Source: Alphaproteobacteria bacterium (GTDB taxonomy: Bacteria; Pseudomonadota; Alphaproteobacteria; UBA8366). From it: a stretch of 64,000 nucleotides of DNA. This document shows positions 19,556-28,974 of the stretch, one piece after another. Position 1 is the stretch's first letter. Each line of letters begins with the position of its first letter. The stretch lies in NCBI GenBank assembly GCA_965228695.1, contig CBDDIB010000001.1, positions 373,893 to 437,892 of the forward strand, given 5' to 3'. The translations under genes and the position numbers were made by a program. The notes under the pieces were generated by a model. The model did no database searches. It was not told the DNA's origin and saw nothing but the letters and a program-made list of their open reading frames with translations.

Positions 19556-20933
19556 TACCGTCGCAAGCCGAACGCTTGCAGTTCTTATCATCGGGCTAAC
19601 CGTCTCACATATTTTAAGCATCGCCCTCTATTTCCACGACAGGACGAGTGAGATCTTCTTTAGCGGCGGCGAACACATCGGCGAACGAATCGCCACGATC
19701 AGCCGCCTCATAGAGAATTCAACCCCTACGGAGCGCCAAAGACTTGCCGCTTTGGCGGACGGCAAAAAATTGCATGTGCTTTGGACTCAAAGAAGCGCCA
19801 TAGAAAAAAAATTGGCGCAGCCTTGGAAAGCAACAATCCTCCGCGATGGGCTGTTGAAGCATCTGGAAAACGGAAAAGTGCGCGAGTTCAGATTTCAATA
19901 TGTCGACAGTGTGGCGGTTCCCATCTGGACCAACCATGCGGAGGAGTTCCATGCCGGTTCGGAAATGGGCGAATCTTTTCTGGCATCGCTGCAGTTATCG
20001 GATGCGAGTTGGCTCAACTTTGCGGCTCCAATAGAAAATCCACCTCCGTTTTGGTCTTTCCGACTCGTGCTCTCATTGCTGGTTATGTTGGCGGCGGTTA
20101 TCGCGTTGTCGGCATTGGTCGTGCATCACCTGGTCAGGCCACTCGCCATATTTTCCGCCGCGGCCCAGCGGCTCGGCACGGATGTCAATGCGCCACCACT
20201 AGATGAAAATGGTCCGGAAGAGGTACGCCAAGCCACCCTGGCGTTCAATCAGATGCAGCGAAGGCTCCGCCGGTTCGTCGAAGACCGCACGCAAATGGTC
20301 GCTGCGATCGCGCATGACCTAGGAACCCCTATCACACGGCTCCGGCTTCGGGCTGAGTTCATCGAGGACGAGCAAGAGAAACAGAAGGTTCTCGCCGACC
20401 TTGAAGACATGGAGAGAATGGTATTCGCCACGCTGTCATTCGCGCGTGACGAAGCCTCTTCAGAACCGCGCGCTGTAGTGGATTTGAATACGCTCATCCG
20501 ACGCGTCCACGACGCATTTACCGATATGGGTAAATGCGTAACGCTGACACTTAGGCCGGGTCCCGTGCCATTCAACTGTCAACCGGTCGCTTTTCGCCGC
20601 GCGCTCTCAAATCTGATCGATAATGCAGTGAAGTACGGCCGTTCGGCTCATGTACACCTGGATGAGGTCGATCAACACATCCAAATAAGGATCGACGACA
20701 ACGGTCCCGGGATCCCCGAAGAACGACAGTCGGATGTGCTCAAGCCATTTTTTCGGCTTGAGGAATCACGCGGCCGCGAAACCGGCGGAACGGGTTTGGG
20801 CCTTACCGTTGCGCGAACCATCGTACACGCCCATGGGGGAGACATCGTCCTGCGAAATAGGCCTGAAGGCGGTTTGCGGGTCGAAATAACGCTGCCGCGG
20901 CAGGGAATAGAAGACGGACAAGCCGCGTCATAG
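19536..20933 (+). CDS. HAMP-domain sensor histidine kinase
   Basis: Two TMs, HAMP, AHDLGTP H-box, NLIDNAVKY, DNGPGI, GTGLGL. Confidence 0.95.
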   Translation: MARLIPDTVASRTLAVLIIGLTVSHILSIALYFHDRTSEIFFSGGEHIGERIATISRLIENSTPTERQRLAALADGKKLHVLWTQRSAIEKKLAQPWKATILRDGLLKHLENGKVREFRFQYVDSVAVPIWTNHAEEFHAGSEMGESFLASLQLSDASWLNFAAPIENPPPFWSFRLVLSLLVMLAAVIALSALVVHHLVRPLAIFSAAAQRLGTDVNAPPLDENGPEEVRQATLAFNQMQRRLRRFVEDRTQMVAAIAHDLGTPITRLRLRAEFIEDEQEKQKVLADLEDMERMVFATLSFARDEASSEPRAVVDLNTLIRRVHDAFTDMGKCVTLTLRPGPVPFNCQPVAFRRALSNLIDNAVKYGRSAHVHLDEVDQHIQIRIDDNGPGIPEERQSDVLKPFFRLEESRGRETGGTGLGLTVARTIVHAHGGDIVLRNRPEGGLRVEITLPRQGIEDGQAAS

Positions 20934-20945
20934 AGTCGGTGGAGA

Positions 20946-21635
20946 ATGCACTCGTCACTCAAGCTTAGATTGGTCGTCGGAATAGTAGCTGTCTCTCTGC
21001 TCACCCTGGCGTATTGGGTTATGGCGCGAACTGGAGTACTCGCGCTGATCCTTGATGGACAGGCGTTGCGTCAGTGGATTGGAACGATCGGATTTTGGGG
21101 GCCGTTAGCGATCATTGGGACAATGACAGTCGCAATTCTCGTAAGCCCCATCCCAAGCGCTCCGATTGCCTTGGCGGCGGGCGCGGCCTATGGCCACACA
21201 TTAGGAACGGTTTACGTGGTCATCGGTGCGGAGGCGGGCGCCATCGCGGCCTTCGCAATAGCTCGGATTGTCGGCCGCGACGTATTGCATCGCTGGTTTG
21301 GAGACAAGGTGTCAGTAGGTCTTCTCGGATCCCAGAATCTCCTTATGGGTATTGTTTTTGCCAGTCGTCTCCTCCCCTTCATTTCCTTCGATCTGATCAG
21401 CTACGCTGCCGGGCTGACGCCTCTGTCGTTATGGCGGTTCGCGCTTGCGACCTTCGCCGGGATTATCCCGGCAAGTTTTCTGCTCGCCCATTTTGGTGGC
21501 GAAATGACTACGGGCGAGACGGAACGGATTTTGATTTCGGTGTTCGTGCTCGGGGGTATGACGCTCCTCCCCCTCGCCGTCAAATTTGCCCGTGACCGGT
21601 TCGCAACCCGGCGACCGGATGGGCACCGAAAGTGA
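20946..21635 (+). CDS. TVP38/TMEM64 (DedA/VTT) family membrane protein
   Basis: SPIPS, AGAAYG, RLLPFISFDLISYAAG motifs. Confidence 0.9.
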   Translation: MHSSLKLRLVVGIVAVSLLTLAYWVMARTGVLALILDGQALRQWIGTIGFWGPLAIIGTMTVAILVSPIPSAPIALAAGAAYGHTLGTVYVVIGAEAGAIAAFAIARIVGRDVLHRWFGDKVSVGLLGSQNLLMGIVFASRLLPFISFDLISYAAGLTPLSLWRFALATFAGIIPASFLLAHFGGEMTTGETERILISVFVLGGMTLLPLAVKFARDRFATRRPDGHRK

Positions 21636-21851
21636 TCGGCCGAACTCACCTCCCGATGTTGACGCGAACGCTCTCAGTGATCACCGCCGGACCCGGTGGT
21701 GTATTACGCCGACATCTCAGAACCGCGATCGAAAAACCGGTGGGGAGCCTGTCGACGGAACCAAACGGAATAATACCTTCGCATTTCTTGATTTCGAATT
21801 GCGGTCCACCCATATCCTGGCAATTGTGAGTCCGGTTGAAGGAAAGTCGCA

Positions 21852-22229
21852 TTGACTGACGTCGGCGAATTCGGAAAGGGCATCTTGCCAATTTTTCGCT
21901 CGGTAATTTACGGATTGCTTGTGCTGGCGATGGTTTCGGCGCCGATCTCCTATTCCGGCAACGTCCAAGCATCCGACCTTCAATCTCACTTTTCATCGGC
22001 CCAAACGGGTGAATTCGGAACCGCCGGCCACAATAATCGTGACCACAAATTACACCATTGTGGTTCTCTCATCTGCTCGCCTTTCTATAGGTCCGGCTCG
22101 TTGGTCGATTACCCGCCGTTTTCGAATTTGTCGAAGATGCAAAAGCCAAATATTGACGACACGCTTGTGAAGTCGCTCTATTTGGATTGCGATCCCCCAG
22201 TGCCGCGACGCGGTTTCTCCAAAGCTTAA
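21852..22229 (+). CDS. CutF-like leader protein upstream of cupredoxin/multicopper oxidase operon
   Basis: Signal-like segment, HKLHHCGSLIC, YLDCDPPVPRR tail; start codon uncertain. Confidence 0.7.
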   Translation: MTDVGEFGKGILPIFRSVIYGLLVLAMVSAPISYSGNVQASDLQSHFSSAQTGEFGTAGHNNRDHKLHHCGSLICSPFYRSGSLVDYPPFSNLSKMQKPNIDDTLVKSLYLDCDPPVPRRGFSKA

Positions 22230-22377
22230 TCCACCCTTCGGGTAGCACTGTCTTTCCACATTGAGGTTGCCGGAACTGACGTCTAGCGACGTTCAGCGTG
22301 GGACCGGCTGTGGTTGCTGCGCCCTACCGAAAACACCGGATGCTTTATCCGCACACAAAACTAGGAGAAATCAAATC

Positions 22378-22932
22378 ATGACATCCACTCTTGCAAGGTT
22401 ATCCATTTATTCAGTTCTCGCGGCGACGCTCGCGCTAACTATTTCCGTCGGTGCCCCCGCGACGGCGAAACCTGGCCGTGGCCATGGGCAAGAATCTGCC
22501 ATAGGCGAACCGGGAAATGCCTCTCAGGCCTCCCGCACGATCACGATGAAGATGACCGACAATCGTTTCACACCGGGAAAGGTTTCCGTTCGCAAAGGAG
22601 AGACGATCCGATTCAAGGTGAAGAATTCCGGAAATTTTGTACATGAGTTCAATATCGGAACCGCCGCAATGCATATCGACCATCAAAAGGAAATGATGAT
22701 GATGTTCGATCACGGGGCACTCGAGGTCGACAAAATACATCGGGGAAAAATGGCGATGGCTATGCCAAACGGCGCCACGATGCAACATGACGATCCCAAC
22801 AGCGTCCTGCTCGAACCGGGAGAAACCGCCGAGGTCATCTGGGAATTCTCCACCGATGCCGAGCTTGAATTCGCCTGCAACCTTCCGGGCCACTACGAGT
22901 CGGGAATGATGGGTCACATTCGCGTCAATTGA
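22378..22932 (+). CDS. cupredoxin (CopI-like, plastocyanin/azurin fold)
   Basis: AGGAG RBS, HEF, FACNLPGHYESGM type-1 Cu ligands, Met/His-rich loop. Confidence 0.9.
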   Translation: MTSTLARLSIYSVLAATLALTISVGAPATAKPGRGHGQESAIGEPGNASQASRTITMKMTDNRFTPGKVSVRKGETIRFKVKNSGNFVHEFNIGTAAMHIDHQKEMMMMFDHGALEVDKIHRGKMAMAMPNGATMQHDDPNSVLLEPGETAEVIWEFSTDAELEFACNLPGHYESGMMGHIRVN

Positions 22933-22940
22933 CAAAACCG

Positions 22941-22968
22941 GGCAGCCCGTCCACCGCGGCGGGCTGCC
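22941..22968 (+). other. intergenic stem-loop between cupredoxin and multicopper oxidase
   Basis: GGCAGCCCG...CGGGCTGCC inverted repeat, no T-run. Confidence 0.55.
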
Positions 22969-22994
22969 AATTCCTAATATTCAGGAGACAAGAA

Positions 22995-24674
22995 ATGCAG
23001 CGCATTCCGCTTAGCGTTTGGGGTTTGGCCGTCGTGACGATCGTGGTGTGGCTATCGTCGACGGCCGGCACTCAAGCTGGGACATATGATCTCACAATCG
23101 GCGAGAAAACTATCAACCTAACCGGCCGGGACAGGCCGGCCCTTGCGATCAACAACACCATTCCTGGACCGGTTCTTCGGTTCAAGGAAGGCGAAAACCT
23201 CACGATCAACGTTACCAACACACTAAATGTCGACACATCCATTCATTGGCATGGATTGATTCTGCCGTTCGAAGAAGATGGCGTGCCGGGCATAAGCTTC
23301 GACGGCATCAAACCGGGCGAGACCCATACCTATCGGTTCCCCGCACAACAGAGCGGCACGTATTGGTATCACAGCCATTCCGGGTTGCAGGAGCAATCCG
23401 GCGTCTATGGTTCCATCGTGATCGAACCGGAAAACCCCGAACCATTCCAATTCGACCGGGAACACGTGGTCGTCCTTTCGGATTGGCATGACACCAAGCC
23501 GGAACGGGTACTCGGTAACCTCAAGAAGATGTCGGACTACTACAATTTCAGCCAGCGAACGGTCGGCGACTTCTTCGACGACGTATCGGAAAAAGGCCTC
23601 GCGGCGACGGTCAAGGACCGAAAGATGTGGGGTAAAATGCGCATGGCGCCCACGGATATCGCGGATGTCAGCGGCTACACGTTTCTCGTCAACGGCAAGA
23701 ATCCCGACCAAAACTGGACCGGCCTTTTCAAACCCGGCGAGCGGGTGCGGCTCCGATTCGTCAATGCCTCCGCGATGACCTATTTCGATGTCCGAATTCC
23801 CGGATTGAAAATGACGGTCGTTCAGGCCGATGGCAACAACGTACAGCCCGTCACCGTTGACGAGTTCCGCATTGCCGTTGCGGAAACTTACGATGTGATC
23901 ATCCGGCCCGAACACGACAAGGCCTACACACTGTTCGCCGAATCGATGGCCAGGACCGGATTCGGCCGCGGCACGCTCGCGCCACGAGTCGGAATGTCGG
24001 CAAAGGTACCCGCTCAGCGAAAGCGCCCACTCCTCAGCATGTCGGACATGATGATGGATCATGGCGGCGTGAACCAAGATTCGATGACAGGAACGGACCA
24101 CGACTCGATGAAGGGCACGAACCACGGCTCGATGAAGGGCATGGACCATTCGAACATGGGCGCGCCGAAATCGGACCCATTCTATGCACCCAACAGCGGG
24201 CTTATGCCGAAGGCCGCAAATGGCGGAAAGTTTCTATCCTACGCTGATCTGAAGGCGCACAAACCGCTCTACGAGGTGCGCAAACCCACGCGCGAAATCA
24301 CCATCCGATTAACCGGAAACATGGAACGGTACTTCTGGACGATCAATGACCGGAAGTACTCAGATGCAGAGCCGCTGCGTCTGAAATACGGCGAACGTGT
24401 CCGCTTCAAGTTCATCAATGAAACCATGATGACCCACCCAATGCATCTGCACGGCATGTGGAAGATGATCGACAACGGATCGAAAAAGTGGAACCCGGTC
24501 AAACACGTCGTGAGCATCGCACCGGGCACGACCGTCTACACCGAAACCGAAGTCGACGCACCGGGCAGGTGGGCGTTCCATTGCCACCTCATCTATCACA
24601 TGGCAACGGGCATGTTCCGCGAGGTGATCGTTGAAGGCGGCCCGGACGCCAAACAAGCCAACGCCGGAGGCTAA
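22995..24674 (+). CDS. copper resistance multicopper oxidase (CopA/PcoA family)
   Basis: HWHG, WYHSH, HPMHLHG, HCHLIYHM motifs; Met/His-rich region; AGGAG RBS. Confidence 0.95.
   Translation: MQRIPLSVWGLAVVTIVVWLSSTAGTQAGTYDLTIGEKTINLTGRDRPALAINNTIPGPVLRFKEGENLTINVTNTLNVDTSIHWHGLILPFEEDGVPGISFDGIKPGETHTYRFPAQQSGTYWYHSHSGLQEQSGVYGSIVIEPENPEPFQFDREHVVVLSDWHDTKPERVLGNLKKMSDYYNFSQRTVGDFFDDVSEKGLAATVKDRKMWGKMRMAPTDIADVSGYTFLVNGKNPDQNWTGLFKPGERVRLRFVNASAMTYFDVRIPGLKMTVVQADGNNVQPVTVDEFRIAVAETYDVIIRPEHDKAYTLFAESMARTGFGRGTLAPRVGMSAKVPAQRKRPLLSMSDMMMDHGGVNQDSMTGTDHDSMKGTNHGSMKGMDHSNMGAPKSDPFYAPNSGLMPKAANGGKFLSYADLKAHKPLYEVRKPTREITIRLTGNMERYFWTINDRKYSDAEPLRLKYGERVRFKFINETMMTHPMHLHGMWKMIDNGSKKWNPVKHVVSIAPGTTVYTETEVDAPGRWAFHCHLIYHMATGMFREVIVEGGPDAKQANAGG
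24071..24150 (+). repeat. about 3 x 24-bp imperfect repeat encoding (N/D)H(D/G)SMKG(T/M)
   Basis: gaaccaagattcgatgacaggaac / ggaccacgactcgatgaagggcac / gaaccacggctcgatgaagggcat. Confidence 0.8.
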
Positions 24675-24679
24675 CGCTT

Positions 24680-25405
24680 ATGTTTCGCAGTAAATCATGC
24701 GCATTCGCCATCGCGCTCATCCTGGCGGCGGTCAACTATGTAACACCGGCCAAGGCTGAAAAGCTCGATGATGAGTTCTTCACCTTGGTCAAAATCAGCC
24801 AACTGGAGTACCGGTTCCAGGACGACAACGATATCCTGTCCTGGGAAGGGCAGGGACGGATTGGAGACGACAAGAATAAGCTTACTTTCAAGACCGAAGG
24901 CGAATACGTCCCTAAGGAAGATGTATTCGAGGGAGCCGAGGTACAATTACTGTACCAAAGGTTGATCTCCGATTTTTTCGATGCGCAAATCGGTGTCCGG
25001 CACGACATAAAGCCAAACCCGTCACGGACGTTCGGCGTAATCGGGGTCAACGGGCTGGCGCCCCAATGGTTTGAAACGGATGCCAGTTTCTTTGTGAGCA
25101 ACAAGGGCGACGCCTCGGTTCGGCTGGAGGCTGAATACGAGATGCTGCTTACGCAGCGTCTCGTGCTTGAGCCGTCCGCCGAATTGAACGTCGCCTTTTC
25201 CGACGACGAGGCGGTCGGCGTAGGCGCGGGCTTAAGCAATGCCGAACTTGGTTTGAGGCTGCGCTACGAAGTAACGCGCAAATTCGCCCCCTATATCGGC
25301 ATCAACTGGGAGCGAAAAATCGGCAAAACCGCCGATTTTGCCCGTGACGAGGACGAGGATCCTGATGTCCTTTCCGTCGTTGCCGGCATCCGCGCCTTCT
25401 TTTAA
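24680..25405 (+). CDS. copB: copper resistance outer membrane protein CopB
   Basis: QLEY, GLAPQWFE, LLTQRLVLEP, GLRLRYE..RKFAPYIG, terminal Phe. Confidence 0.92.
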   Translation: MFRSKSCAFAIALILAAVNYVTPAKAEKLDDEFFTLVKISQLEYRFQDDNDILSWEGQGRIGDDKNKLTFKTEGEYVPKEDVFEGAEVQLLYQRLISDFFDAQIGVRHDIKPNPSRTFGVIGVNGLAPQWFETDASFFVSNKGDASVRLEAEYEMLLTQRLVLEPSAELNVAFSDDEAVGVGAGLSNAELGLRLRYEVTRKFAPYIGINWERKIGKTADFARDEDEDPDVLSVVAGIRAFF

Positions 25406-25512
25406 CGGAATCGCGTACCGGACGGGTAGATCGTTCCAACCCGTCCGGTGCTCGACCGCCGGCCATTGCTCCATCGCAAGACATGTCTTAGGATTTAACC
25501 GGGAGACTTGCG

Positions 25513-26388
25513 ATGAAACGTTTTCAAACGGTTTTGATCGTAGTTGTGGCGCTCATAACGTCCAATAGCTTAAGTCATGCTAGTCGCCACAATCAGGAAT
25601 TACGACACCTCGACAGCCTCGTACTCCTTGTACAGGCATATGACGCGACATCGACGAGGCAATATGACAGGGCGCTCGCGCTCTATACGCGCGTGATCAA
25701 ATCAGCCGCTTTGTCGCCGGAACATTTGTCCAACGCCCACCGCGGTCGAGGCGACGTCTATTTTGAAAAGGGGGATTTTGACAGCGCGATCGGGGATTAT
25801 GAACGCGCGCTTACGATCGACCCGCACAACGCGGCGGCGTATACCAACCGAGGAAATATTCGGTTCCACCGGGGTTCGTTCAGCTTGGCGTTGGAGGACC
25901 TGAACAGCGCCATTATACTTAATCCCCGGGATGCCGTCGCCTTTCAGAATCGTGGCAACGTCTATTTTTATTCGGGCCAATATGGTAAAGCGGCAACCGA
26001 TTATCGTCACAGTCTGGCGTTGGATCCCGCAGATCTCTTTTCCGCCATTTGGCTCTACCTCGCGACTGCACGCAGTGGAGATGACGGACGAAGCCAGTTG
26101 CGCCAGCATAGTATCGACAAGAATCTACTCCATTGGCCCGGCCCCGTCGTATCCCTCTTTCTAGACAATATCTCGTCCGATGAACTCGTAAGTATTGCCA
26201 CCGGCTTCACGGATCGGGAACAAAGCCAATTAATCGCCGAGGCGTATTTCTATGGCGCCGAGTACCACTTGCTGCATCGCCACGTCACCGAGGCGATAGA
26301 GATGTTCGAGCGCGTCGTCCGGGAAGGTGCACCGCCACTGGTGGAACTTACCGTTACGAACGCCGAGTTGGAGAGAGTGAAGCGTTGA
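25513..26388 (+). CDS. TPR repeat protein (NlpI-like)
   Basis: Several A..NRG..Y...G.Y..A..D repeats, WPGPV, EAYFY. Confidence 0.8.
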   Translation: MKRFQTVLIVVVALITSNSLSHASRHNQELRHLDSLVLLVQAYDATSTRQYDRALALYTRVIKSAALSPEHLSNAHRGRGDVYFEKGDFDSAIGDYERALTIDPHNAAAYTNRGNIRFHRGSFSLALEDLNSAIILNPRDAVAFQNRGNVYFYSGQYGKAATDYRHSLALDPADLFSAIWLYLATARSGDDGRSQLRQHSIDKNLLHWPGPVVSLFLDNISSDELVSIATGFTDREQSQLIAEAYFYGAEYHLLHRHVTEAIEMFERVVREGAPPLVELTVTNAELERVKR

Positions 26389-26642
26389 GGGCCTGTCCGA
26401 TTTTACCGCTTGGCGACGCTATCGCTAGCCGGCTTAGAACACCGATACCCCGGCTACCGCATTAACACGTTGTTTCCGGTGCGACCGCGACGATGCCGAT
26501 CCGGTTTGAGCAAATTTTGAAACCGCGATGCCGGTAATCTGAAAATCAAAAAATTTTCGTTTTTTTTGGAACCTTCCCTCGCTGGAAGGTCGTTTTTTAC
26601 GAGAAGTGATTTTTATCAAGAGCAGTACACCGGAGGCGAACC

Positions 26643-27524
26643 ATGTCTTATTGGCGTTTCAGCGCGATGATCGCCACATCGACGCTCGTGATGTTCGGGC
26701 TGATGTATTTGAACACCTATCTGTGGACGCACCTCTTCTTCAGCGAAACGCGGGCCTACATGGCTGTTTTGATGGGGGCGACAATGGCGATCATCATGCT
26801 GGCCTTCATGCTTTCCATGTACGCCAATAAGACGATTAATTCGGCGATCTTTATCGGCGCTGCTGTCGTTTTCGCCGTCGCGCTCTGGCTCGTTCGCAGC
26901 CAGATTACCGTCGGTGACACGAGTTTCATGCGCGCCATGATCCCACACCACTCCATCGCCATCATGACCTCCAGCCGGGCAAACATTTCGGATCCCCGCG
27001 TGAGCAAACTCGCCAACGAGATCGTCTATGCCCAGGATAAGGAAATTGCCGAGATGCGTTACCTGATCGCCAGTATCGATAATTCTGGAGACGCAAAGCG
27101 GCAGGATAGCAGCAAGCCGGTACGGGTCGTGAGCCTGCAGGAAGCGCTTTCCACCGCGGAAGTGGCCGTTCTCGACCCGGAATTCATGAGTAAGGCCGAT
27201 ATCGGCACGCTGTTCCCCGACGGCGCCCGCTGTACATTCACCTATACCGAAGACAGCCCGCCGGTGCTTGCCGCCGGCCATCAGGAGGACAGCGCATCGG
27301 GGTTGCTCAAGATCAGCGGCGATTTGGTTCGGCTGGAGACCGATGCCGCATCCCTGACGCGCGGGCCGACGCTGTCGGCGCAAGGCATTTCCGTCCGCGT
27401 GGTTTCGGCCGGCGGCGCCGAATTCGACGCATGGGGAGCAGAAAAGCAGGAAGCCGATCTCCTGATCGAGCTTGAAGCCGGTTTGAAGGCCGGGTTCCGC
27501 GGGTTTTACGCCTGCCGCACCTAA
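26643..27524 (+). CDS. DUF305 domain membrane protein
   Basis: FM.AMIPHHSIAI, AQ..EI.EM; N-terminal TMs; GGAGG RBS. Confidence 0.85.
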   Translation: MSYWRFSAMIATSTLVMFGLMYLNTYLWTHLFFSETRAYMAVLMGATMAIIMLAFMLSMYANKTINSAIFIGAAVVFAVALWLVRSQITVGDTSFMRAMIPHHSIAIMTSSRANISDPRVSKLANEIVYAQDKEIAEMRYLIASIDNSGDAKRQDSSKPVRVVSLQEALSTAEVAVLDPEFMSKADIGTLFPDGARCTFTYTEDSPPVLAAGHQEDSASGLLKISGDLVRLETDAASLTRGPTLSAQGISVRVVSAGGAEFDAWGAEKQEADLLIELEAGLKAGFRGFYACRT

Positions 27525-27552
27525 CGAAGCAAATTGACGGAAGCATATTGCC

Positions 27553-28308
27553 ATGTCTGAAACTACCGAAGCGAAATCCGCCGAACTCTATCGCATGGTC
27601 ATGGATGAACATGTCTGTCCCTATGGCCTGAAATCGAAGGACCTGCTGGAGCGGCGTGGCCTCGACGTGAAGGATCACCCGCTGACCACGCGTGAGGAAA
27701 CCGATGCTTTCATGGAAAAACACGGCGTCGAAACCACGCCGCAGACCTTCATCGACGGGGAACGGATCGGCGGCTACGAATCATTGCGCGAGTATTTCGG
27801 GGAAGAAGTAGAGGACGAAGACGAGACCACCTACCAACCGGTGATCGCGATTTTCGCGGTGGCGGCCCTGATGGCGCTCGCCCTTGGCTTCGGCCTTTAC
27901 GGCACGGCGCTTCACATACGCGTCTTCGAGTGGTTCATCTCTATTTCCATGTGTTTCCTCGCCGTCCAGAAACTACAGGACGTCGAGAGTTTTTCGACAA
28001 TGTTCTTGAACTACGACCTTTTGGCGCAGCGTTGGGTCCGATACGGCTACGTCTATCCGTTCGGCGAAGCCTTGGCGGGCATTCTCATGGTTGGCGGGAT
28101 ATTGAGCGTCATATCCGTGCCCGTGGCGCTCTTCATCGGTACGGTCGGCGCCGTATCCGTATTTAAAGCGGTCTATATCGATAAACGGGAGTTGAAATGC
28201 GCGTGCGTCGGCGGCGGCTCCAACGTGCCGCTCGGCTTCGTTTCGCTGACCGAAAACCTCATGATGATCCTGATGGGCCTATGGATGGGTGCGAAGGCGC
28301 TCGGTTGA
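27553..28308 (+). CDS. glutaredoxin-MauE/DoxX fusion membrane protein
   Basis: CPYG, TTPQ.FIDG.RIGG, LKCACVGG, TEN motifs. Confidence 0.85.
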   Translation: MSETTEAKSAELYRMVMDEHVCPYGLKSKDLLERRGLDVKDHPLTTREETDAFMEKHGVETTPQTFIDGERIGGYESLREYFGEEVEDEDETTYQPVIAIFAVAALMALALGFGLYGTALHIRVFEWFISISMCFLAVQKLQDVESFSTMFLNYDLLAQRWVRYGYVYPFGEALAGILMVGGILSVISVPVALFIGTVGAVSVFKAVYIDKRELKCACVGGGSNVPLGFVSLTENLMMILMGLWMGAKALG

Positions 28309-28695
28309 TCACGCATCGGGCGGATTACGGGGAAGATCGATCTTCCCTGACGTCAACAGCAGGATCGGCTTTCTGTAGTGAAACGGTAATCACATGACAG
28401 CGCGATCCGGCGTTCCCTAATCTGATTTCTTTCGAACCGTCGTCTCGAACGGCGCACTTTATCTATGGTGCTGTAGGGGTAGAGATGGAAACTCAGGTCG
28501 CGGTCTCTAACGGCGAGCCGCCGAGCGCAACGAGCAATGCGTGAAATTTTCATCTAGCGTCGATCCAGACGGCAATTTCACAACATCGTTTAGATAGAAA
28601 AGGCCGGCACGTTAAACAATTAATCACACGGCAATCCGTCACACGAACCAAGCCCCAACACGAATTCTTTGGCATTTACGTCCTATCCGAACACG

Positions 28696-28720
28696 AAAAA
28701 GCCTCCCTTATGGGAGGCTT
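28696..28720 (-). terminator. intrinsic terminator downstream of tRNA 3' fragment
   Basis: Minus strand AAGCCTCCC-ATAA-GGGAGGCTTTTT. Confidence 0.8.
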
Positions 28721-28741
28721 CGTTAGTCGTCGATATGTATT

Positions 28742-28786
28742 TGGTTGCGGGGGTAGGATTTGAACCTACGACCTTCAGGTTATGAG
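28742..28786 (-). repeat. att site: 3' half of tRNA-fMet (45 bp)
   Basis: Minus strand CTCATAACCTGAAGGTCGTAGGTTCAAATCCTACCCCCGCAACCA = anticodon loop (CAT), T-arm and CCA; 5' half absent; next to integrase. Confidence 0.9.
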
Positions 28787-28918
28787 ATCGTTTAAGCCCT
28801 CTTTCCCGACATTGGACCGAGCTAGCTGTACTTAGATAAACTGCTGAACAAAAGGGGTTATTTTGACGCTTTCGGTTTGATAGACTATGCGGCAGATAGC
28901 GTGAATTTGCGTCCAAGT

Positions 28919-28937
28919 GGTACCCATACGGTACCCA
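28919..28937 (+). repeat. GGTACCCA direct repeat, candidate integrase arm-type site
   Basis: GGTACCCA at 28919-28926 and 28930-28937 between att and int. Confidence 0.5.
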
Positions 28938-28974
28938 GAACGGGCCGACGCGAGACACGATCGGGAGCCGCAAA

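Noticed and set aside
28742-28820. Intact tRNA-Met gene
   Set aside because: Only anticodon loop to CCA is present; sequence beyond 28786 lacks the D-arm and 5' acceptor strand
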